From positions 26,412-90,411 of the forward strand of contig JAYFPQ010000069.1 of NCBI GenBank assembly GCA_034927595.1: a DNA stretch of 64,000 bases, written 5' to 3'. This DNA comes from Christensenella sp. (GTDB lineage Bacteria; Bacillota; Clostridia; Christensenellales; CAG-138). Shown here piece after piece: positions 57,361 to 64,000 of the stretch. Below the pieces are notes generated by a model. That model saw nothing but the letters and a program-made list of their open reading frames with translations, did not search any database and was not told where the DNA came from. How positions within the stretch are numbered: the first letter of the stretch is position 1; the number at the start of each line of letters is the position of its first letter. Made by a program: the position numbers and the translations under genes.

Positions 57361-57870
57361 ATGCAAAATAACAGAAGATTCGATAAAGAGCCCTCGGAGT
57401 TCAAGGAACGCCTCGTGTCCATCAACCGCGTTGCCAAGGTCGTTAAGGGTGGTAAGAACTTCCGGTTCACCGCGCTGATGGTCGTCGGAAACGAAAAAGG
57501 CAAGGTTGGCGTTGGTCTTGGCAAAGCCGCGGAAATTCCGGAAGCGGTTCGCAAGGGCGTCGAAGACGCAAAGCGTCATATGATCGAGGTTCCGATCGTC
57601 GGCACGTCGATTCCGCACGCCGTGGAAGGCCGTTTCGGCAAGGGCCATGTTCGCATGCTGCCCGCCGAAGAGGGCGCCGGCGTTATCGCGGGCGGTCCCG
57701 CGCGCGCTGTGCTCGAAATGGTCGGCATTCGCGACATCCGCACGAAGTCCTATGGCTCGAACAACCCCAGCAACTGCGTGAAAGCGACGATTGACGGGTT
57801 GAGCCAGCTTCGCACGGCGGAACAGATCGCCAAAGCCCGCGGCAAGTCCGTGGAAGAAATCCTGGGTTAA
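57361..57870 (+). CDS. rpsE: 30S ribosomal protein S5
   Basis: [11 protein letters not shown]. Confidence 0.98.
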   Translation: MQNNRRFDKEPSEFKERLVSINRVAKVVKGGKNFRFTALMVVGNEKGKVGVGLGKAAEIPEAVRKGVEDAKRHMIEVPIVGTSIPHAVEGRFGKGHVRMLPAEEGAGVIAGGPARAVLEMVGIRDIRTKSYGSNNPSNCVKATIDGLSQLRTAEQIAKARGKSVEEILG

Positions 57871-57883
57871 GGAGGACGGCACA

Positions 57884-58087
57884 ATGGCAAAAGCAAAAGT
57901 GGCGGAGGCCAAAAAGCTCAAGATCACGCTTGTGAAAAGCACGATTGGCTGTCTGAAAGACCAGCAGGACACGGTTGTCGCGCTGGGTCTTCACAAGCTG
58001 AACAGCTCCGCTATCCAGCCGGATAACGCCTGCACTCGCGGTAAGATCTTTAAAGTCAAACACCTCGTAACGGTGGAAGAAGTTTAA
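57884..58087 (+). CDS. rpmD: 50S ribosomal protein L30
   Basis: [16 protein letters not shown]. Confidence 0.95.
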   Translation: MAKAKVAEAKKLKITLVKSTIGCLKDQQDTVVALGLHKLNSSAIQPDNACTRGKIFKVKHLVTVEEV

Positions 58088-58108
58088 GGCAGGAGGACGT
58101 GCATCATC

Positions 58109-58552
58109 ATGAAACTGCATGAATTATCGCCCGCCCCAGGTTCGGTCAAAGCCCCGAAGCGCGTTGGTCGCGGTACCGGTAGCGGTATGGGCAAGACCTC
58201 AACAATGGGTCACAAGGGCCAGAAGGCGCGCAGCGGGAGCAAGAAGAACGGTTTTGAAGGCGGCCAGATGCCGCTGCCACGCCGTCTGCCGAAGCGGGGC
58301 TTTACCAACATCTTTGGAAAAGAATACACGATTATCAACGTTTCCGACCTCAACGGTCTGGAGAACGGTACCGTAGTGACGGCTGAACTGCTCACGAAAT
58401 CGGGCATCATCAGCAAGATTGAAAAGGACGGCCTTAAGGTTTTGGGCGGCGGCGAGCTGACGAAGAAACTGGACGTTAAAGCGGCGAAGTTCTCTCAATC
58501 CGCTCAGACCGCGATCAAGACCGCAGGTGGAAGTGTTGAGGTGATCGGCTAA
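58109..58552 (+). CDS. rplO: 50S ribosomal protein L15
   Basis: [16 protein letters not shown]. Confidence 0.98.
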   Translation: MKLHELSPAPGSVKAPKRVGRGTGSGMGKTSTMGHKGQKARSGSKKNGFEGGQMPLPRRLPKRGFTNIFGKEYTIINVSDLNGLENGTVVTAELLTKSGIISKIEKDGLKVLGGGELTKKLDVKAAKFSQSAQTAIKTAGGSVEVIG

Positions 58553-59808
58553 TGTTCCAGACATTCATCAACGCGTTCAAGATCAAGGAGATTCGTAAGA
58601 AGATCATCATCACGCTTGCGTTGATCGTGGTCTACCGGCTCGGTTGCTTTATTCCGATTCCGGGTGTGAACACCGAACTCCTCAAAGGCGCCGTCGCCAA
58701 CTACGACATCCTTGGCTTCCTCGATCTGCTCACGGGTAGTTCGTTCAGCCAGTTCACGATCTTCGCGATGGGCATTTCGCCCTACATCAACGCGTCGATC
58801 ATCCTGCAACTGCTCACCATCGCGATTCCCGCGCTGGAACGCATGAGCAAGGAAGAGGACGGCAAGGTCAAGATCGAGAAGATAACCCGTTACACGGGCA
58901 TCGTGCTGGCAATGGTTCAGTCGATTGGTATCTTCATCGGCCTCGGCTCCCAGTACCTGGTGGACACGAGCATTCTGACGTATGCGACCATCGGTATCTG
59001 CGCAACGGCGGGCACCGCGTTCCTGATGTGGCTCGGCGAGCGCATCACGGAGGACGGCATTGGCAACGGCGTTTCGATGCTGATCTTTGCCTCCATCGTC
59101 TCGCGCGTACCCAAGACGTTCATCAGCCTAGGTCAGCAGCTCTTCGTGCAAGTTCTGCCGTGGTGGGAACTGATCATTCTGGCGGTCGTCGTCGTTGGGC
59201 TCATCACGCTGGTTACCCACGTGGATCAGGCGCAGCGCCGCATCCCCGTTCAGTATGCCAAGCGCGTGGTCGGCCGCAAGATGTTTGGCGGCCAGAGCAC
59301 CTACCTGCCGATCAAAGCGAATTCCAACGGCGTTCTGCCGCTGATCTTCGCTATGACGTTACTCCAGTTCCCGGGCATGATCGCCCAGTTCTGGCCGAAC
59401 GGCGCGTTCTACACGTTCTATAAGACGTATCTCGGCACCTCGAGCGCGGTTTACTACATCATCTACGCGCTCCTGATCGTCGCATTTGGCTTCTTCTACT
59501 CGAGCGTGACGTTCAATCCGATCGAGATGTCGAAGAACCTGCAGCAGAACGGCGGTTTCATCACGGGCATTCGTCCCGGCAAGCCGACGAGCGACTACCT
59601 TGGCAAGATCTCCGGACGCCTGACGCTGTTCGGATCGCTCTTCCTCGCGGTGGTTGCGATCCTGCCGCAGCTGTTGATGCGCGGCATGGCCGAGTCCAGC
59701 GCGTTTGGCGCGACGAGCGTGCTGATTATGGTCAGCGTTGCGCTCGAAACGACCTCGCAGCTCGAGAGCCACATGCTCATGCGGCACTACAAGGGCTTCC
59801 TGAACTAA
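58552..59808 (+). CDS. secY: Preprotein translocase SecY
   Basis: GISPYINASI, GIGNGVS, IRPGKPT. Confidence 0.98.
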   Translation: MFQTFINAFKIKEIRKKIIITLALIVVYRLGCFIPIPGVNTELLKGAVANYDILGFLDLLTGSSFSQFTIFAMGISPYINASIILQLLTIAIPALERMSKEEDGKVKIEKITRYTGIVLAMVQSIGIFIGLGSQYLVDTSILTYATIGICATAGTAFLMWLGERITEDGIGNGVSMLIFASIVSRVPKTFISLGQQLFVQVLPWWELIILAVVVVGLITLVTHVDQAQRRIPVQYAKRVVGRKMFGGQSTYLPIKANSNGVLPLIFAMTLLQFPGMIAQFWPNGAFYTFYKTYLGTSSAVYYIIYALLIVAFGFFYSSVTFNPIEMSKNLQQNGGFITGIRPGKPTSDYLGKISGRLTLFGSLFLAVVAILPQLLMRGMAESSAFGATSVLIMVSVALETTSQLESHMLMRHYKGFLN

Positions 59809-59980
59809 CTGGCAACAGCGTTCGGGGCTCCGTCACGAAAAACGATTTGCGGAAATCAGGCGTGCCGGTCTTCTGCCGGCGCGCCGGTTCCGCGGTTATC
59901 GCGGCAAAGCTCGTTTACAGCGACACCGAGCAGGATTTCATCCTCGGATGAAGTCGTTGCTCCGTCCGGGAGGATTCGCT

Positions 59981-60598
59981 ATGAAACTGATCTTTTTAGG
60001 CCCGCCAGGCGCCGGAAAAGGCACACAGGCGGTCAAGATCGCATCCCGGTTCGGGATTGCGCATATCTCCACTGGGGATATGCTCCGCGCGGAAATGCGC
60101 GAGGGAACCGAACTTGGGCTGGCGGCCAAGAGCCTCATCGACCGGGGCGAACTCGTTCCGGACGACGTGATTCTCGGCATGGTGAAGAACCGCATTCAGC
60201 GCGACGATTGCAAAAACGGATTCCTCTTTGATGGATTCCCGCGCACAATTGCGCAGGCGGAGGCGCTGGAAGGAATCAGCGCGATCGACCACGTCATCAA
60301 CCTCGACGTTCCCGTAGAGCGGCTCATCAGCCGAATCAGCGGGCGGCGGATGTGCCCCGATTGCGGGGCCGCGTACCACGTTTCCACGCGGGAAAGCGGC
60401 GTCTGCGACTGCGGCGCAACCCTGTACCAGCGGGACGACGACAAGGAAGAGACGGTTCGCAATCGTCTGGTCGTATACGAGCGCTCCACGAAACCCCTGA
60501 TCGACTACTACACGGCCAAAGGCCTGCTGCATACGATTAACGGGGACGCGGACATCGACACCGTAGACGCCAGAATTCGAGAAGTGATTTCGAAATGA
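59981..60598 (+). CDS. adk: Adenylate kinase
   Basis: GPPGAGKGTQ, ISTGDMLR, DGFPR, Zn lid CPDC...CDC. Confidence 0.97.
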   Translation: MKLIFLGPPGAGKGTQAVKIASRFGIAHISTGDMLRAEMREGTELGLAAKSLIDRGELVPDDVILGMVKNRIQRDDCKNGFLFDGFPRTIAQAEALEGISAIDHVINLDVPVERLISRISGRRMCPDCGAAYHVSTRESGVCDCGATLYQRDDDKEETVRNRLVVYERSTKPLIDYYTAKGLLHTINGDADIDTVDARIREVISK

Positions 60599-61374
60599 GC
60601 GAGCAAAAGGGGATTACGATCAAGTCCGCGGCGGACATTGAGAAGATGGACGTTGCGGGGCGCATCGTAGAGGACACACTGAACCTGCTCGCGCAGTCTG
60701 CCGAAATCGGCATGACCACGGCGGAGCTGGACGACATCGCGGTTGCGTTTATCAAAAGCCGCGGCGCGGAAGCTTCCTTCCTGAACTACAACGGTTATCC
60801 GAGGAGCATCTGCACCTCGGTGAACGAACAGGTGGTTCACGGAATTCCCGGCAAGTACCGCCTCAAGGACGGCGACATTCTGTCGCTGGACGTCGGCGCG
60901 TACAAGGACGGGTTCCATGGGGATGCGGCGCGAACGGTGCTCATCGGCACCGTGCCGGAGGACGTGCAGACGCTCGTCCGCGTGACAAAGGAGTGCTTCT
61001 TCGAAGGAATTCGCTTTGCGAAACCGGGTTATCGCATTTCCGACGTCGCAAAGGCAGTTCAGCAGCACGCGGAACGCCACGGTTACGGGGTTGTCCGCGA
61101 GTTGGTTGGCCACGGAATCGGCCGAAGGATGCACGAAGATCCCGAAGTTCCCAACTATTGGGACGATTCGCGGTTCGGACGCGGTGTTCGGCTCGAAGCG
61201 GGCATGACCATTGCGGTGGAACCGATGATCAACATGGGTACCGCACGTGTGTATCAGCTCGACGACGGTTGGACGGTGATCACGGCGGACGGGAAACCCT
61301 CCGCGCACTACGAGAACACCGTGCTGATTACGGATGGGGAGCCCCGGCTCCTGACGCTGCACGAGGGGGGCTGA
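60595..61374 (+). CDS. map: Methionine aminopeptidase type I
   Basis: HGIP, GHGIG, EPM, HYENT. Confidence 0.97.
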   Translation: MSEQKGITIKSAADIEKMDVAGRIVEDTLNLLAQSAEIGMTTAELDDIAVAFIKSRGAEASFLNYNGYPRSICTSVNEQVVHGIPGKYRLKDGDILSLDVGAYKDGFHGDAARTVLIGTVPEDVQTLVRVTKECFFEGIRFAKPGYRISDVAKAVQQHAERHGYGVVRELVGHGIGRRMHEDPEVPNYWDDSRFGRGVRLEAGMTIAVEPMINMGTARVYQLDDGWTVITADGKPSAHYENTVLITDGEPRLLTLHEGG

Positions 61375-61377
61375 CGC

Positions 61378-61662
61378 ATGAACGAACCGGTGATTGGCGT
61401 CGTATGCACCTCACGCGCAGGACACGACAAAGGGCGCGCCTTCGTCATTATCGGCGTATGCGACGACAACCATGTGCTGCTCTGCGACGGGGAAACCCGA
61501 AAGCTTGAGCGGCCGAAGAAAAAGAAACTGATGCACCTGCACATCGAACCGCAGACCGCGGATGAGATTGCCAAGCGGGTGGCCGAGGGAGCAACACTGC
61601 TCGACGCGGATGTGCGAAAAGCGCTGAAGCGGCTCGGTTACAACGTGGACTCAGACAAATAG
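61378..61662 (+). CDS. KOW-domain RNA-binding protein (L14e-like)
   Basis: [21 protein letters not shown]. Confidence 0.85.
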   Translation: MNEPVIGVVCTSRAGHDKGRAFVIIGVCDDNHVLLCDGETRKLERPKKKKLMHLHIEPQTADEIAKRVAEGATLLDADVRKALKRLGYNVDSDK

Positions 61663-61672
61663 GAGGGATAGT

Positions 61673-61894
61673 TTGTCGAAACAGGACGTTATAGAAGTTG
61701 AAGGTGTCGTTTCGGATTCCTTCCCGAACGCAATGTTCGAGGTAAAGCTCCAGAACGGTCACAAGATACTCGCAACGATATCGGGGAAACTGCGGATGAA
61801 TTTCATTCGCATCCTGCCGGGTGATAAGGTCACCGTGGAGCTGTCCCCGTATGATTTGTCCCGCGGGCGTATTACCTGGCGCGGCAAAAGCTGA
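61673..61894 (+). CDS. infA: Translation initiation factor IF-1
   Basis: [16 protein letters not shown]; TTG start. Confidence 0.97.
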   Translation: MSKQDVIEVEGVVSDSFPNAMFEVKLQNGHKILATISGKLRMNFIRILPGDKVTVELSPYDLSRGRITWRGKS

Positions 61895-61957
61895 AGTTAA
61901 AGGGAAAATCCCCTTTTTCGAACGAGATTTTGAACAGGAATCGAAAGGAGAACCACC

Positions 61958-62071
61958 ATGAAAGTAAGACCGAGTGTGAAACCTATTTGCGAGAAGTGCA
62001 AGATCATCAAGCGCAAAGGCCGCATCATGGTTATCTGCGAGAACCCGAAGCATAAGCAGAAGCAGGGTTAA
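61958..62071 (+). CDS. rpmJ: 50S ribosomal protein L36 (not in the ORF track)
   Basis: Manual translation [37 protein letters not shown]. Confidence 0.97.
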   Translation: MKVRPSVKPICEKCKIIKRKGRIMVICENPKHKQKQG

Positions 62072-62186
62072 GAAGAAAACAAAACCGTCGGAGCGGCTGC
62101 GCAAACGGGTAACCCTGCTTGCGTTTCCGGCGGATGGAATATAGATCAATACCATTCATGACTATTTACGGAGGTAAAGGAACGAT

Positions 62187-62555
62187 ATGGCACGTATTTC
62201 TGGCGTAGACCTTCCCAGGGACAAACGAGTTGAAATCGGTTTGACCTACATATTTGGGATCGGCCGCAAAACCGCTACGGAAATATTGGCCGCAACCGGC
62301 GTCGACCCCGACGTCCGCGTGCGCGACCTGTCCGAGAGCGATGTTTCCAAACTCAGAGACTACATCGACCACAATCTCAAGGTGGAAGGCGATCTTCGCC
62401 GTGAAACTTCCATGAACATCAAGCGGCTGATTGAAATCGGCTGCTACCGCGGCGTTCGGCATCGCAAAGGCCTGCCGGTTCGCGGACAGAGCACCAAACA
62501 GAACGCCCGCACGCGCAAAGGACCGAAGCGCTCGCAGGGCGGCAAGAAGAGATAA
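62187..62555 (+). CDS. rpsM: 30S ribosomal protein S13
   Basis: [17 protein letters not shown]. Confidence 0.98.
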   Translation: MARISGVDLPRDKRVEIGLTYIFGIGRKTATEILAATGVDPDVRVRDLSESDVSKLRDYIDHNLKVEGDLRRETSMNIKRLIEIGCYRGVRHRKGLPVRGQSTKQNARTRKGPKRSQGGKKR

Positions 62556-62570
62556 GGAGGATATGCGAAC

Positions 62571-62978
62571 ATGGCAGCAGCTAAGCAAGTAAAGAAGACC
62601 GCTACTACGCGGAAACGTCGCGAGCGCAAGAACATTGAGCGTGGCGCGGCGCACATTCGCTCCTCCTTCAACAACACCCTTGTGACCATCACCGACCTGC
62701 AGGGCAACGCCCTGAGCTGGTCGAGCGCAGGTTCGCTCGGGTTCCGCGGCTCCAAGAAGTCCACCCCGTTTGCGGCGCAGATGGCGGCGGAAACCGCCGC
62801 GCGCGGCGCGATGGAGCACGGGCTCAAGACCGTTGAAGTCTACATCAAGGGACCGGGTTCCGGCCGTGAGTCGGCTATCCGCGCCCTGCAGACCGCCGGT
62901 CTCGACGTCAACATGATTAAGGACGTGACGCCCATTCCGCACAACGGGTGCCGCCCGCCGAAGCGTAGAAGGGTTTAA
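62571..62978 (+). CDS. rpsK: 30S ribosomal protein S11
   Basis: [22 protein letters not shown]. Confidence 0.98.
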   Translation: MAAAKQVKKTATTRKRRERKNIERGAAHIRSSFNNTLVTITDLQGNALSWSSAGSLGFRGSKKSTPFAAQMAAETAARGAMEHGLKTVEVYIKGPGSGRESAIRALQTAGLDVNMIKDVTPIPHNGCRPPKRRRV

Positions 62979-62992
62979 GGAGGGAAAGCGTA

Positions 62993-63619
62993 ATGGCTAG
63001 ATATACAGGTTCCGTCTGCCGGCAGTGCCGCAGAGAAGGCGTGAAGCTTTTCCTGAAGGGCGACCGTTGCTATGGCGAAAAATGCGCCATCAACAAGCGC
63101 CACACCCCGCCGGGCATGCATGGCCAGGGCAGGAAAAAGCAGAGCGAGTACGGCATTCAGCTTCGCGAGAAGCAGAAGGTTCGCAGAGCCTACGGCGTGC
63201 TCGAATCTCAGTTTGCGAAATACTACGAAATGGCTTCCAACATGCGCGGCATCACCGGTGAAAACATGCTCTCGCTGCTCGAACGCCGTCTCGACAACGT
63301 TTGCTATCGCCTCAACTTTGGCGAATCCCGCCCCATGGCGCGCCAGATGGTCACGCACGGCCATATCCGCGTCAACGGCAAGAAGGTTGACATCTGCTCC
63401 TACCTCGTGAAGGAAGGCGATGTGATCTCCGTCCGCGAAAAGAGCACAGACGTGGAATTCTTCAAAACCCTCAAAGAGCAGGGTGCAGCCAGAACGATCC
63501 CGAAATGGCTCGAACTGGACGCCGAAAAGCTCACCGGTAAGGTCGTCGCTCTCCCGGCACGCGGCGATATCGACTTGACGATTGAAGAGCACCTCATCGT
63601 TGAGTACTACTCCAGGTAA
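62993..63619 (+). CDS. rpsD: 30S ribosomal protein S4
   Basis: [23 protein letters not shown]. Confidence 0.98.
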   Translation: MARYTGSVCRQCRREGVKLFLKGDRCYGEKCAINKRHTPPGMHGQGRKKQSEYGIQLREKQKVRRAYGVLESQFAKYYEMASNMRGITGENMLSLLERRLDNVCYRLNFGESRPMARQMVTHGHIRVNGKKVDICSYLVKEGDVISVREKSTDVEFFKTLKEQGAARTIPKWLELDAEKLTGKVVALPARGDIDLTIEEHLIVEYYSR

Positions 63620-63669
63620 GCCATGCAAACTTGGCGGACCGCAACATACAAACCGAAGGAGGGTATGCC

Positions 63670-64000
63670 ATGTTAGAGATCGAAAAGCCCAAACTCGAAT
63701 GTGTTGAACTGACGGAGAACTATGGCAAATTCGTTGTAGAGCCGTTGGAGCGCGGATTCGGCACCACGCGTGGCAATTCCATGCGTCGCGTGCTGCTCTC
63801 GAGCCTGCCCGGTGTGGCGGTTACGAGCGTACGCATCGACGGAGTGCTCCACGAGTTTTCGATTATCGAAGGCGTGAAAGAAGACGTAACCGAGATCGTG
63901 CTCAACCTCAAAGAGCTGTGCTGCAAGCTTTACAGCGACGGCCCCAAGAAGTTGATCATTGACGCGGCGGGCGAGGGTGAAGTGCTGGCGAAGGATTTCC
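63670..64000 (+). CDS. rpoA: RNA polymerase alpha subunit, 3'-truncated by window edge
   Basis: Manual translation MLEIEKP...[11 protein letters not shown]...[12 protein letters not shown]. Confidence 0.95.
   Translation, partial: MLEIEKPKLECVELTENYGKFVVEPLERGFGTTRGNSMRRVLLSSLPGVAVTSVRIDGVLHEFSIIEGVKEDVTEIVLNLKELCCKLYSDGPKKLIIDAAGEGEVLAKDF

Noticed and set aside
59809-59980. Structured RNA in the secY-adk spacer
   Set aside because: Only short GC-rich stems (e.g. TTCATCC/GGATGAA) with no U tract or known motif; not distinguishable from chance.

Overview
64 kb of chromosome from a high-GC Clostridia-class (Firmicutes) bacterium, probably a metagenome assembly because scattered transversion clusters look like base-call errors. 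The left third (4.6-22.1 kb) holds a coherent set of acyl-CoA ligases, a 2-oxoacid:ferredoxin oxidoreductase (VOR-type) operon and ilvE. Three T-box riboswitches control it, and their specifier codons read Ile (AUC), Val (GUA) and Phe (UUC). A catalytically dead LeuA homologue that keeps its leucine-binding domain sits upstream. I infer a multi-branch route that makes amino acids from branched and aromatic fatty acids by reductive carboxylation. Two AT-rich single-gene islands follow: a Sir2-STAND-NTPase defence candidate (23.5-26.0 kb) and an orphan membrane protein (37.5-38.8 kb). The middle has a complete his operon headed by a TrpR-like YerC gene and ending in a PurO-type IMP cyclohydrolase, a four-domain CoA-persulfide reductase, a DUF5058/M20 peptidase cluster and an ArsR/P1B-ATPase pair. 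The right quarter is the S10-spc-alpha ribosomal cluster. In it, rplV has an in-frame TAA and rplE carries a ~135-aa Ala/Lys/Glu-rich N-terminal extension. No CRISPR array, tRNA, rRNA or transposase was seen.
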